Assembly: GCF_000190715.1 (NCBI RefSeq)
Contig: NW_003519574.1
Location: forward strand, 1 to 50,327
Length of the DNA stretch: 50,327 nt
From: Dictyostelium purpureum
Taxonomy: Eukaryota
Reading direction: 5' to 3'
The notes beneath the pieces were generated by a model, which searched no databases, was not told where the DNA came from, and saw nothing but the letters and a program-made list of their open reading frames with translations. This document shows positions 37,101 through 49,692 of this stretch, piece by piece. The position numbers and the translations under genes are program-made. Positions within the stretch are counted from its first letter, which is position 1. The number at the start of each line of letters is the position of its first letter.

Positions 37101-40100
37101 ATATTGATGGAGATTAATGAAGTTACTTTTTCTGAAATCAATTCACTAATAGTATTTGAAAGTAATGATAGTTCATCATGTGAATAGTCACCAAAAGTTT
37201 CATTAAGTTGATAGAATATTCTAATTGAGTCAGAGTATCTATTATTTGAATGGTACTCTTTAATTAAATTAATTAATTGATCACGTTTACTTACAAGTGA
37301 TGGGTCATTTAAGTCTTGATCAAATCCTTCCCCTTTGTTTTCCCATGCAACATATGGTAATGAATCGACAGCAGTTTGGGATATAATCGAATGGATTGAA
37401 TCGATTTTTTTAATTTGTTCGCCAGCTTCTCTTTTTTCAATGGCTACAAAACTTGTGAACTCGGTTACAATGCTATACTTTATGGAAAGATCGATAACAT
37501 CTTGTTTCTTTTTCATTTTAATTAAGTCATGCTCGTGCTTATTTGAGCTATAGGTACCATCGTTATATTCTCTAATCATTGAACGTGCAGCCAATCTATG
37601 AATCAAATTACCTTTGATAAATCCAATTTCGGGTGTATGAACAATGTTTGAAACAATACCCCCACCTGGAGCATGACATACAAGTGTTGCACGTGTACAT
37701 ATACCAGAGAATGCATAAATAACTTGTCTTTCTGATTTAAAAATTGAAGAAATAGTTGCAGGAGATTGAACAATTTTATCAGTACTATCGAATGCTACCT
37801 CGATATTTGACATTGCAGGTTGGAGTACACGTTGGATCATATCAACAATCTTTTTAGGATTTGGACGTTTATTAGGGACAATAAAATCTGCATAGCCACT
37901 ACCAATTCTTGAAATTTGTTTAATGAAATGTCTGGAACAATGTTCACCAATACCAAATGTGAATAAACGACAGAAATTTGAAGCCTTTTTTGCTAACATC
38001 AAAGATAACTCTTCATTTGAAACATTACCATCGGTAAACAATAGAATATTGTGTGGGTTGGTTGGTTTGGCTTTTTCTGATAACAAATAAATTGATTCCA
38101 ATGGAGAGTGTAGTTTTGTACCACCACTAATTGGTTTTAATTTGTTGATGTGGTTCCATGCAATTTGGAGATTTTCTTCGGTTGGTAGGACATCTTCAAC
38201 AAAAAGCCAATCATAATTGTCACCAAAATCACAAATATTGAAAAGTAATTTTGGTACACCACGTAGATTCCTAACAGTTAAACGAACTGCTCTTAAAAGA
38301 TCTTCAAATGTATCACCAGCCATAGATGCAGATAAATCGATGAGTAAAGTTAAGTGAGTGAATGATTCTTGAGTGCTATCGATATCTAATTTTGGATAGA
38401 ATGCCAACATACTGGCATGATGACCTTTATCATCTACCTCTACCCACATACGTGGTGAATAGGGTTCTTCTAGGCCAATTAATAGTTGGAAATTTTTATC
38501 TAAATAGCTCTTATCACCTGGTTGTAGTTCGATAGTAGCTTTTGTGTGAGTTCTTTTGATCTTGATATTATGGGTTGGTGAGGTTAATTTTACAATATTG
38601 TATGGCATATCAATACCAACTTGGATGGTAAGATCTGAATCTTTTTGGTCTTGGTCACTGATTGAAACAGTTTTGGTAACATTTTGTGTAACATTTGAAC
38701 CAGAGGATAAACGTTGTCTAGGTGTGATTGAACGTGGTAATACAAAACTAATATCCAAGCCATCAACTGATAACTCTGTGACATATGTGATTTTAATAAG
38801 AACATCACACTTTGGTGGTAGGTTTCCAACACTAACTGTAAACACATCAGGTTTATCTTCGTCCATTAGATAAGCACCATGGCCTGCAGCTACAGCCTCT
38901 CGATATTCACGATGAGCCTTTTCTTTTTCTTTTACTTCACCAATAATATGTTTACCATTGATAAATGCTTCAAAACCGCAAACTGCACCCATTTCGTCTA
39001 ATGGAAAAACATATTTTGCCTCAATAGTTGACGAGGAACAATTTTGATAGTGTTGATAGATAGTGACTTCTCCAATAAGATCTAATACTCTAGCTCTAAC
39101 ATGAACAGATTTTAATGGAATATCATCTTTGCCAGATGATGATTTTGAAACCAGACCAATTTCTTTTTGCTCTTCTTCTTCTTCAATATCTTTTTTATTT
39201 TCTGATTTTTCTGGAATAGTGGTAGGACATTCATCTGGTTTAATTGTTGTTTGTGGACTATTTGAAACATTTAAGACTTGGTTGGGAATATTTAATAATT
39301 CTTTTCTTAAATTTGTATCTTGAAATTCAATTAAGTATTGTAGTTTTTGTTGTTTTGAATTATAAATTACAATTTCATCATCTAGAAATTCAGATTTTAA
39401 ATTTGAGGTAGATTGGACACCCTGAACACTATTAAATCCTTTTGGTGGTTGATTTAATTGAATTTGATGAGTTGTATATTTCTTGCAATTACCCAATGCA
39501 ACTTGACAAATAAACATATATTTATGATGATTAATTTCTGAATCTTTGCAGTATTGTGCGCTTGTCATTGCTTTGGTACCAAAATAAATGCCAGAACCCA
39601 AATAACCAATGTCTCTTCTTCCAGAACCAATTGATGTTGAAACATTTGGTGGTAATAAACCCCTAGATAAAATACCTAAAATATTTGAAGGATTACTACC
39701 ATGATATAGTGTTTTAATATTCCCTAGTTGGAACTTTAAATTCTCTTCATCATTTCTGCTTATTTTATAAATTGATTTAATTGATAATTTCTGAATATTA
39801 ATTTAAAAAATTAGTATGAATTACAAAACAAAAAAAGAAAAAAAAAAAAAACATACATCATCTAATTTTAACTGATCTAATAATCTTTTATAATCTTTGC
39901 TTGAATCATCTAGCTTGGTAATATTACAATGTAATGCTCTATATCTTTTAGCTTCATTATTTCCAACTGAAAATGATAAACCACTTAATGATTCACCGAC
40001 TGATAAAATATCCTTCATAACTTGGATGGACTCTTGAATATCAGATAAATGTTCATAGTCGAATGGCTTGGATGAGCTTGGTTTAATTTGTGGCAAAGCT

Positions 40101-41521
40101 TTGTAAACTTCATTAAATAGCTCCACCGATTTATTTTCATCAATTTTGGTATTTGTGGTTCTAAGTAAAGTGGATAATTGGAATAAAGCCAACTCAGCTT
40201 TATCAACTTGAGCCAATGTGATATCACCCATTGATGTTTTAATGGTACCCTCTGGTGAAAGTGATAATGTATTACCATTACCAAATTTACTGGCTAACTC
40301 TACTATGGCATTATCGTAGAGCATTTTGATTAGTGATTCAATTGACTTTGGTAATGAGTTTGGTGGCAATGGTTTTTGTTGTGATAAATCTTCACTTTGA
40401 GTTTGATAAAGTTTTTTTAATTTATCTGAACCTACTATAACAGAGCTTAATTGTAATTTTGAATAGTCATTTTGATTTAGATACTCCAATAATATTTGAT
40501 TATAAATTGATAAAGCGCTCTCGATGCTATTTGCTGATATCCATTCTTTGGTTTCTTCACTAATTTCTTTATAAATTCCACCAGAAATTGTACCATAGTT
40601 GAGAAAAACTCTATAAAATGATGATGTATCATCATCAGATGAATCTTGGCCACTATTATTCGAGCCACCACCAACTTGAATTAAATTTAAACTTTTACCT
40701 GCCACATGTAGTTCGATACAGCAAAACCTATCAGAAAGCCTATCGTGTTTGGATAAAATATTATGTTTGACAATATGATATTTTGATTCTGGAAATAAAT
40801 CTGATTTTTCATCATATTTTATTCTATCAAATTTTTTATTTTTGTTTTCACTACCTGAATCATTGTTGTTATTATCCCCCAATAAATTTGAAAAGTCAAA
40901 TGATTTATAGTGATATTCTTTAATGTTGTATTTTGATACAAGTGAATATTCGTCATGAGATAATAAACTGCCATATGAAGCTGAATCGTCTAAATATCTT
41001 TTTGAAACAATTGGAATATTTAGTTTGATTGCCTTCTTAATCCCAAAAGATAAATCTTCAATATTAACATCATTATTATTTTCAACTTTGACTAAATCTT
41101 GAAAGTCACCATAGAATACATAATAATTAACCTAAAAATAATTGTTTTAGAATATTAATAAATTTTTTTTTATAAATAAAAGTTGTAATTGAATGAAGTT
41201 GTAAATGATAAAAAATAAGTTAAAATATTTTAGAAAAAAAGAAGATAATTAAAAACCCCTTTGTTATTATTTTAAGGTGTTTAATTCATTTGTTGAAATT
41301 ATAAAAAAGTGTTATTAAATATATAAATATCTCTAACAAAAGAGTTGAATTATAATTACCTTTTGGTTTAAAATCATTGAAACAAGACCACCATTTGATT
41401 CAATAAATGTTTGTAGTTCTTTTTTAATTTTATACCCAGATGATGGACCACAATCAAGATAAAATGTATTACCATTGAGTATATTACTCTTCTTTTGAGT
41501 GTTATTAAATCCTGATGGCAT
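34175..41521 (-). CDS. Vault poly(ADP-ribose) polymerase (PARP4/vPARP)-like protein: BRCT - PARP regulatory+catalytic - VIT - vWA - long repeat-rich tail (>=3 exons, ~2300 aa)
   Basis: Exon 1 (41521..~41367) reads [11 protein letters not shown]...[37 protein letters not shown], the first half of a BRCT domain. A GTAATT intron leads to exon 2 (~41142..39865), which holds the second half of BRCT plus a helical PARP regulatory region ending ...[40 protein letters not shown] intron leads to exon 3 (~39812..34175). Exon 3 carries the PARP signature ([18 protein letters not shown]...[17 protein letters not shown]...[10 protein letters not shown], an H-Y-E triad), then VIT ([25 protein letters not shown]...[32 protein letters not shown]) and vWA ([26 protein letters not shown]). 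The ORF-track entries 39821..40882 and 41333..41521 are therefore exons of this gene. The exact 3' end may involve a further small intron. Confidence 0.8.
34850..35335 (-). repeat. ~150-nt coding tandem repeat x3 (+1 degenerate) encoding '..[39 protein letters not shown]..' inside the PARP-like CDS
   Basis: The near-identical nucleotide units create a spurious antisense ORF (34849..35292) with internal repeats. Protein copies are [35 protein letters not shown] (x2) and [18 protein letters not shown]. Confidence 0.85.
36170..36335 (-). repeat. 8 x 21-nt exact tandem repeat (ggagagtaacttggggatgtt) encoding (PTSPSYS)n, which gives seven canonical YSPTSPS heptads inside the PARP-like CDS
   Basis: The + strand shows ggagagta(a/g)cttggggatgtt repeated. 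The - strand translation is [48 protein letters not shown]. Confidence 0.9.
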
Positions 41522-41574
41522 TTTTTTAATATTATTACAAAAAATTATTTTTATTTTATTTATTTTAGTTTAAG

Positions 41575-41660
41575 TGATTTTATTTATTATTTATTATTTA
41601 TTATTATTTATTATTATTTATTATTATTTATTATTTATATTATTTATATTATTGTGTTTA
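41575..41660. repeat. (TTATTTATTA)n-type AT minisatellite immediately upstream of the PARP-like gene start
   Basis: Sequence ttatttattatttattattatttattattatttattattatttattatttatattatttatatt. Confidence 0.8.
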
Positions 41661-42037
41661 AATAATAAAAAGTTTTTTTTAAACTCCAAGATATTTAATT
41701 TTCTGAAAAAAAAAAAAAAAAATTTTAAAAATTGCAATATTAAATTAAAAAAATTAAAAATATGGAAAAAAAAATAGAAAAAAAAAAGAAATAACTTTTT
41801 TTTCCTATTTTTAATCTAACAATATATGAAAAGTAAAAAATAGATAAATTAAATTTAATACATCAATTTTAATTTTTATTTATGGAAATGAATTTTTTTT
41901 TTTATGAAAAAAAAAATAAAGAAAAAAAAATAATTAAAATATATTATTATTTTATTATTATAAATATTTGTTAATTGTTTGGTTTTGTAAAAATGATTAT
42001 AATAAATATTATTATTGAAAAAGTTTTTTTTTTTTAA

Positions 42038-43599
42038 TTATTGTTTATAGTAAAGTTGAGAAAGTTGAGATTGATAATGACCATTTTGGGGAGATGAAGA
42101 TGGTGGTGGTTGTGGTGGTGGTGATTGAAATTGTGGTAATGATTTTGGAACTTGTTGATTATTGTTTGATTGTGGTGAAGATTGTTGTTGCTGTTGTTGT
42201 TGTTGTAAAAACTGTTGTTGATTTTGTCTTATAAAATATTGAACTTTTTTAACAGTGGCCTTGATCATAAACTGATCTCTTGAGAGAGAACGAACATTTT
42301 TTAAGTATTCATCTAGAGAAATTCTGTTACTGTGTAAAGCTTTATCTAAATAATATAAAAGATCCTCAATGGTTGAATCGTCAGAAACTAACTTTAATAA
42401 TTGTTTGGATAATGGATCTTTAGGACCCAACATGGCATCGATATCAATATCAGTTTCAGGTTTATCATTCTCCTTAATCCATTTCTCTAACTGGGTAATA
42501 TTTTCATTTAATTGATCAATTTGACTATTATAAAGTGCCAATTGTTCTTGAAGCTCTCCTTTTTCGAGTTGTTGTTTTTTTGATAACTCTTCCAATGATC
42601 TGTTGTGAACTTGAAAATCTTTAATTTCTTTTACGGTTGTGTCATAATATTGTGATAAAATCTCTTGTAATTTTATTGTACATTCGTCTATTAATTCTTT
42701 CTTTTTATCGATTACAGGTTGTGGAGGAATTTGTGGTAATGATTTAGTTGGTGGTGGTTGTGGTTTTTGTGGTATTGGTGGTGGAATTGCTATGGATGGA
42801 TCACCTAAACCTTTTGATGCTGCTGCTGCTAATGCTGCATTCTTTTTTTGAATTGATGAATCGTATGATGGTGGTGGTACATAATTTGAAGAAGCTCCTG
42901 GTGATGAGCCATAGGGTGGTGGGGGTATAGATCCTGTATTATTATTTCCATTACTATTAACTGGAGAACCGCTTGGAGATGATCCATATGGTGGTGGGGG
43001 TTGATTATATTGTGATGATGTAGTTGATGGCGATGAATTTGGTGATTTGGTTTCTAATGGTGGTTTAAAACTAAAAGCATCACATAATAATTTTAAACAT
43101 TGCCCTAAAGTTGATGCACTGTTCCAACTGCTGATATATGGATGATAAACCAAACCCTGTAGGTTTGCATGTTGATGACTTTCCACTATTCTCATTTCTG
43201 GTGTTGGATCTAAAAATATGGTTGGATATTCTAATGGATAGTTTAATGGTACCCATACGATAATTGGTAAATAATAATTTATATTTTTAAAACAAATTGG
43301 TATTGTACCTTTAATATTAATTAAATTTATATTTCTACCTAAATTTTAAAATTGAATAAGTATTATAAATTAAATTATTATTATGGAGGAGTATTGTAAT
43401 ACTTACTTGGTATATTTTCATAATATGGTGATAAATTTGGGAATAAATGAAAGGTTTCTTTTAAATCCTTTGCAACTCTTAAAGGATCCCTATATGCTCT
43501 AATATAATTTAAATATGTATTCAAATTATGCATTTTACCATCAACAACACTATGTGTTGGTTGTGGCATTTGCTGTTGATAACCATGATAGCCATACAT
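42038..43599 (-). CDS. tsg101: ESCRT-I subunit TSG101/Vps23 (UEV domain - Pro-rich linker - coiled coil - steadiness box), >=3 exons
   Basis: Exon 1 (43599..~43408) reads MYGYHGYQQQ...NTYLNYIRAYRDPLRVAKDLKETFHLFPNLSPYYENIP. A middle exon (~43200..43310) reads GTIPICFKNINYYLPIIVWVPLNYPLEYPTIFLDPTPE. The ORF 42038..43195 reads MRIVESHQHANLQGLVYHPYISSWN.... These are the conserved UEV-domain strands of TSG101. A PPPY-type Pro-rich linker, a coiled coil (ELIDECTIKLQEILSQYYD..) and a C-terminal S-box (ISLDEYLKNVRSLSRDQFMIKATVKKV) follow. Confidence 0.8.
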
Positions 43600-44314
43600 T
43601 TTATTCTATTAAACTTTTATTAATATATATCCTAAACTTTGCTGTTTTAAAATTTTTGGGAAGTTATTGAAAATTCTAAACTCCTATTAATTAACTATTT
43701 CGCTATTTTATTATAAACTATTATATTTCTATCCTTTTTTTTCTTTTTTTAAAATTTACTATATAACCTTTTAAATTATATAAATAAATTATAAAATTAT
43801 ATTATATTTTATTTAATAAACAAAAAAATAAAAAAAAAAAAATTAAAAAAAATAAAAAAAAAAAAAATATTATTTTTAAAAAATTTTAAAAAAAAATAAA
43901 AAAAAATAAAATTAAATTTTATTATTTTTTTAAGTTATACAAAAAAAAAAATTATAAAACTAGGTAGGTATTCAAAATAATAAATAAAATATCTTTTTCC
44001 CTTAATTTATATATATACACATATTCTCTCATTTTCTTTTTATTGGTCTTTCTATTTCCTCTTTACTTTTTTTTTTTTTTTTTTATAATAACAAAAAATA
44101 ATAACAAAATTATAAAAAAAAAATTCTTTGAAAATTTGATTTTGCACCTTTTTTTTCAATTTAAGTTACTTTTTTTTTGTCACTTTTTTTACTTCAAGTT
44201 GATTATTAATTTATTTTTTAATATAAATACTAATAATTACTTTTGTTTTTTTTATAAACAATAAATAATAACTTATAATAATAAATAAAACTAGATATTA
44301 ATAAATAGATCAAT

Positions 44315-45343
44315 ATGGAATTTTTTAAAAATATTCTTCCAAAGTTTCATAATTATAATGATGATTTGGGCAATAAAGATGTTACATATGAACCAGTTAA
44401 AGAGATTTTAGAAGGAGAATTCGAACATCCAACTACAACTATTAGAGGAGAACCAATAGATCCAAATAAACCAAAAAGAATATTTAGATATGCATCAGAT
44501 ATACACTTGGAGATGAGAAAATTTTTACAAGTTCCATCAATGGATGCATTAAAACCTCTATATCAATTTGAAAAAGAACCAAATACCAGATACTTTTTAG
44601 CACTCGTTGGTGATATTGGTAGTCCGTTTGTAAAGTCCCAAAACCTAAGAGAATTCTTTGAACTATGCTCGCAAGCATACGAATATGTTTTCTTTGTAAT
44701 GGGTAACCATGAATACTACAACAATGGCTCCTTCACAATGGAAGAGGTTCACTCTGAGCTAAAGTCAATGTGTAGCGAATTTAACAATGTCATTTTATTA
44801 GAGAACGAGTCATTCCAATTGGACGAATATAAAATAGTTGGAACTACTCTATGGAGCAATGTTCAAATCAATCCTCAACACGTCGAAAGATGTCTCAATG
44901 ACTATAGGCTAATTAAAACATACGATTTAGAGCATAATGACTCCAATGGTTTAAAAAGCAGAAGAATCAAAATAGAAGATACAAATAAATTGCACGAAAT
45001 AGCCATTGATTTTTTAAAAAAAGAAATATTCGAAGACTCAAACCCCACCAAATCTCCATGCATAGTTTTAACCCATCATGCTCCGCAATTTAATGACCAC
45101 AAAAGAGGTCTCTTCACATCCCATCCAAACTACACAGCCAATGATCCAATTGGTGAAGCTTTTTCTACAAATCTTTCAAACTTTTTGAAAAAACCTGTTG
45201 TAGCATATATCTTTGGTCACACCCATTTCTCCACCAGATACAAATATAATGGTGTTTCAATTTTAGCAAATCAATATGGTTACGAATTTGGCGAAGATTT
45301 ACAATCAAATAAATTTAATCCCAATCGTTATTTTATTTTATAA
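44315..45343 (+). CDS. Calcineurin-like metallophosphoesterase domain protein
   Basis: The single ORF carries ordered metallophosphatase motifs: FRYASDIHLE (D-x-H), LVGDIGSPF (GDxxD), VMGNHEY (GNHE), VLTHHAP and IFGHTHFS (GHxH). Confidence 0.7.
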   Translation: MEFFKNILPKFHNYNDDLGNKDVTYEPVKEILEGEFEHPTTTIRGEPIDPNKPKRIFRYASDIHLEMRKFLQVPSMDALKPLYQFEKEPNTRYFLALVGDIGSPFVKSQNLREFFELCSQAYEYVFFVMGNHEYYNNGSFTMEEVHSELKSMCSEFNNVILLENESFQLDEYKIVGTTLWSNVQINPQHVERCLNDYRLIKTYDLEHNDSNGLKSRRIKIEDTNKLHEIAIDFLKKEIFEDSNPTKSPCIVLTHHAPQFNDHKRGLFTSHPNYTANDPIGEAFSTNLSNFLKKPVVAYIFGHTHFSTRYKYNGVSILANQYGYEFGEDLQSNKFNPNRYFIL

Positions 45344-45509
45344 ATAAAACAAATAATTTTATTATTTTATAAAGAGTTTTTAATTAAATTTATTATTTTA
45401 TAAATAGTTTTTTTATTTATTAATTTTTTTTTTTAAAGCTAATTTAACAACATGGAGGAATTATTTTTTTTTTTTTTTTAAAAAAAAAAAAATAGTAAAT
45501 CTGAATGAT

Positions 45510-46607
45510 TTATAATTTATCGTGGTGGTGTAAATGATTATTTTCAACAGCTTCTAAACTAGCAAGTTCCTTTTCTTTCTTTTCAAGTTTAGATGCGAGG
45601 GCAAAGTATTGATCTTTTGGGAAATTATATCTTCTAAAGAGTTTTTCTTGTCTCTTTGAAAAAAGTCTGTTATGTAAAGCTTCATAGGTAAATTCAGTTT
45701 TGGTAACAGCGAAATAAGTATAAGCAATAAGAACGCTTGCAAAAGTAACTTGATATGAGACTGGTTCTAAAATATTAAAATATAAAGAAATATTTTGTCA
45801 GTAAAAAAAGAAAAAAAATCAATTTTTTTAATATTTGATTATTTACCAATAACATCCCATGATAAATCCCACCATGTTAATCTAGCTAAAACTGCGGCTT
45901 GAGCAAAACAATAACCCAAACCCATCCAAATAAGACTAGTGGCTCTTCTTTGAGATTTTCTATCAATGATATCTTTTTTTTCTTGTAATGGTTGAATTTC
46001 TTTTTTTAATTCCGCAATATCGCTTTTTTTAAATTCAATTAATTTATGTAAACCAACACCTTTATTTTCAATATCTAAAACTCTAAAAAAATAGAAATCT
46101 GTTAATGCCTATAATTTATATATTTTGTTTTTGCTTTGTATATTATTATTTATTTTTTTGAAAACATACTGCTCTAATGATTGGTAAATATGTGATGGTT
46201 TTAAAAATACACTTGTTTTTAAATTTTCATTAACACTATTTGGTAAATAAATAATTGAACCAGTTTGGGAAAGTGCATTTGATACAGTTTTGATATCACT
46301 TTCATTGATACCAAAATCTTTGCAAATACCTTCAAATTCGGTAAAGGTGATTTTAGTTCTTGGGTCTAATGAAAGTCTTTCTTGTAATTTAGCGACCTTA
46401 GCTTGTTTTAAAATTTCGCTTAATTCATTTCCTAAAACTATAAATTTTATAATAGTTTTAATAAATTAAATTTAGGAAAAAATAAAAAAAAAAAACCAAA
46501 AATAAAAAAAAAAAATAATATTTACCTTGGGTGGAGTATGATCTTAAAAATGGTTTGGTAGTAATATTTCTACCAACTAAAAAAGTATTTCTAATTACAA
46601 AGTTCAT
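45510..46607 (-). CDS. mcu: Mitochondrial calcium uniporter pore subunit (MCU), 4 exons
   Basis: The ATG at 46607 (-) gives MNFVIRNTFLVGRNITTKPFLRSYSTQ (mitochondrial presequence-like). Introns (GTAAAT/GTATGT..TAG) join exons encoding the N-domain, coiled coil 1, TM1-pore-TM2 (..LIWMGLGYCFAQAAVLARLTWWDLSWDVIEPVSYQVTFASVLIAYTYFAVTKTEF..) and C-terminal coiled coil 2 (..LEKKEKELASLEAVENNHLHHHDKL*). WDVIEP is the D-phi-phi-E ('DIME') selectivity motif. The ORF-track entry 45554..45742 is in a different, wrong frame of the last exon. Confidence 0.85.
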
Positions 46608-46969
46608 TTTGTTTAAATAATGATAATAAAAAAAAATATAAAACTATAAAAAAAAAACAATTTGATCAAAAATAAAAATCAAAAATTTTTAAAAAAAAAA
46701 AAAAAATTTTAAAATAAAAAAAAAAGTTAGATTTTTTTGTGAACAAAGCTGTGCATACCTAACGAAAATAAATTAATTTGATCATTTTCTCTTAAATGAT
46801 TGTTATTTGTGAATGGATGTGTAATAAAAAATATAAAATAAAAACATTATTAATTACATTGAAAAAAAAAATTTTAATAGAGAATTTTAAATTTTATCTC
46901 TATTTTTTAATTTAAATTTTATTTTAATTTTTTTTTTTTTTGGTTGATTTGATACTATCTATATATTTT

Positions 46970-49692
46970 TTATTGAATGAGATAATCTTGAGGAATTTGG
47001 TTATTGGCCTATAAAATAAAAAATGAATTAATATATATTTATATGTATTTTGTTTTTTAGCTATATCAAGTGCTTACCTTAAGATTACTAAATGTTTCTA
47101 ATGCTTTATTTTTATCCCAACCTGACATATTTAGGCATTCTTTTGCGAATTCTGGTTTTAATTTAGTGTAGGCTGAAAATTCATTTATAATTGCTTCTTG
47201 TTCAGCGGAAGAGGGTTGAGATACTACTGGCTCGACTCTTGGAAGTCTAAGGTATGGTCTAACATTAAGCTGTTCATTTAAAACAATTGCTTCCCATCCA
47301 CCTTTAGCGGCATCAGAACCTGGTGGTGCTGGTGCCAATACAAAGGTTCTATCGAAAGATCTCTTTATATTAAAGGTTGGTTCGAGGAAGTGACCATGTA
47401 TAATAACAGTTAATAACTAAAAAGAAAAAAAAATTAATATATTTTTTAAAAAGGCAAAAAAAAAAAAATTTTATACTACATACTTGAGTTCCTGGAGCCA
47501 AAAATGAATCAATAATCGATGAAGACAAGGCATGTTGTGTTTTTGGATAGAGTTTGAAAAAATTATATATATTATCATATCCTGAAAATAATAATTGGGT
47601 TTTTTTAACTAAATAAAATTGAATTAGTATTGATATAAAACAATATTGTTTTTGGTTTTATTTTAAACTTACCAGCATCCATTGGCTTCTTAAAATTTCT
47701 ATTTGATCTTTGGTAGACTTTATTTGAACCTCTCATTGGGAGAGACCCACTATCAGCTACATAGGTCATCGAGAATTTGGATTCATCAGTATAAGCTTTA
47801 ATGATATCCTCTCTAGTACCATCAAATATTTTGAAAAATCTCTCCAAAAATTTATATGCGAATTGTTGTCTATCCGGACTATCGCAATAATTTGGTCTTA
47901 ATGGAGGAATTGGACTTGGAGGGAAATCCTCTGGACCAATTTCCTTACCATCTAAAAATTTTAAATCTGGGAATTTTCTTGCTACTTCCCTATAAAAACA
48001 AATAAAGTGTTATTAAATATTTAATTTGATTTATTTATTTTATTTAGTTTTTTTACTTACATTCTATAATTAGGTATTTGACAAATTGGATTATTTGTAA
48101 AAACTAACTCTCTTAAAGTTAAATCTGATAAACAATCAAGTTCATTGATATCGCTAATTTTATTTGAATCGAAATTAAAATTGATAACATGATCCAACGA
48201 ATATTTAATCATAAATCTAAATGGAGCTAAAGTTGTAATATTATTATGCGAAAATGAAACTGTATTTGCCTATATTAAAAAACATAAAAAAAAAGTTAAT
48301 TTAAAATTAAAAAAAAATGTTAGTAGAATCGAAAAAATAACAACCACAAAAAAAAAACAATTTATAAAAATAATTATTATTATAAATTATTAGATTGATA
48401 ATTGGTTATAAAAATTATATGAATAAAAAATAAAAAAGTGAATTAATATTTGACTTATTATAGTATATTGATATTATTATATTATTATATTATTATTATT
48501 AATATTATTATTCTCTAACTATATATCTGGTGGTTGTTAGGTTTATTTAAAAACCCAAGTGAGTAGTTATGTTTTACAAACAAAAAAAAAAAAATGTAAA
48601 AAAAAACTAAATAATCTAGATTTGAGCTTTGTTGGAAACCTATAAATAATATGTGATTAATTTTTGATTATTTGCTTGGAGAAGTTGATATAAAAAAACG
48701 AAAACATGAGAATACAATAGCCACTTCTTGGGTTCCTAAAACCTTAACCAGTATAAGCCAACTATACAAATGAATGGTTGATTCATTAACCAATTTGGTG
48801 TTATATAAAGCTATTATTATATAACACAACACACAATATAGCATGGGTTGGTGGTACATATGTGTGTGAAAATGATTCTGTTCCATATTGCTTTGATGGT
48901 AATAATAATAATAATAACTAGGTTTGAACTATTTTATAATATATAAATGGTGAAAGATTATTATTATTATATACCTTTAAACATTTTTCTGAAATAACAC
49001 GGAAAATTTGTCTGAATGTTTTAATGTCGTTAAAATTAATATCTTTGGTGGAGTGAAGATATGAAAAATCGACAACTTCTTGATTTGCATTGTCTACATA
49101 AGAGGAATTAACGTGGTCTTCAATACTCTTTAATTGTTTTGTGTTTGAAATTTTATCGGTATTATTTGTAAACGTTCTAATTTGGCCTCTTTGGGTTGGT
49201 TTGTTTTGTCTGTTTTGTCTAACAGAGTTTTTATCTTCTTGTGAAATCGAAACTTTAACACCACCATATCTTATTCCACTTAAACCAATAAGTGAAGGAA
49301 TATCCTCTGTATTTTCTACACCCAAAAATAAATTACCATTTCTAAATTCATACTATGGTTATTTATATTTAAACAATATTAGTATTTCGTTTTATAATAA
49401 AAAAAGATATTTATATATTTTTACTTACACCTTTAAAATTGATACCTGGTTTAAATGATTTAAGTTTAAGATACTCCATAAGATCATTTCTATCTACAGT
49501 TTTTGGTAAACCACTAATACAAATTCTTGAATATTCATCAGACATTGAATCAGAGGTGTTTCTATTAGTTACAACTTGAAATCTATTTCTAGTGGCTGCT
49601 TGTCTAGCACCACCTCCACCACCTCTTGGTCTACCGCCACCTCCACCACCACCTCTAACAATTCTAACACCACGTTTTTTATTTCCTGACAT
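46970..49692 (-). CDS. Nuclear RNA export factor (NXF1/TAP/Mex67 family): RGG-rich N-term - RBD - LRR - NTF2-like - TAP-C(UBA-like), ~7 exons
   Basis: Approximate exons are 49692..~49423 (MSGNKKRGVRIVRGGGGGGGRPRGGGGG...), ~49353..48990 (RBD: YEFRNGNLFLGVENTEDIPSLIGLSGIRYGGVKVSIS..), ~48275..48066 (LRR: ..LDCLSDLTLRELVFTNNPICQ..) and ~47993..47682 (EVARKFPDLKFLDGKEIGPEDFPP...KFLERFFKIFDGTREDIIKAYTDESKFSMTY: NTF2-like). Further exons are ~47600..47494 and ~47419..47066 (..FLEPTFNIKRSFDRTFVLAPAPPGS...KECLNMSGWDKNKALETFSNLK: TAP-C). A terminal micro-exon 47008..46970 reads ANNQIPQDYLIQ*. Confidence 0.8.

Noticed and set aside
34516-38873. Antisense or off-frame ORFs inside the PARP-like gene (34516..34722, 34849..35292, 35125..35436, 35605..35880, 36163..36363, 36336..36542, 37335..37553, 38556..38873, 38590..38847, 39129..39323, 40015..40284, 40477..40674 and 42748..42930 in tsg101)
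   Set aside because: These are by-products of long coding repeats read on the opposite strand (e.g. the MLESNLG repeats are the reverse complement of the YSPTSPS repeat). Their composition is not protein-like.
45554-45742. Listed 62-aa ORF on the minus strand near the uniporter gene
   Set aside because: It is the wrong reading frame of the last uniporter exon. The correct frame encodes TM2 plus the C-terminal coiled coil (..EPVSYQVTFASVLIAYTYFAVTKTEF...HHHDKL*).
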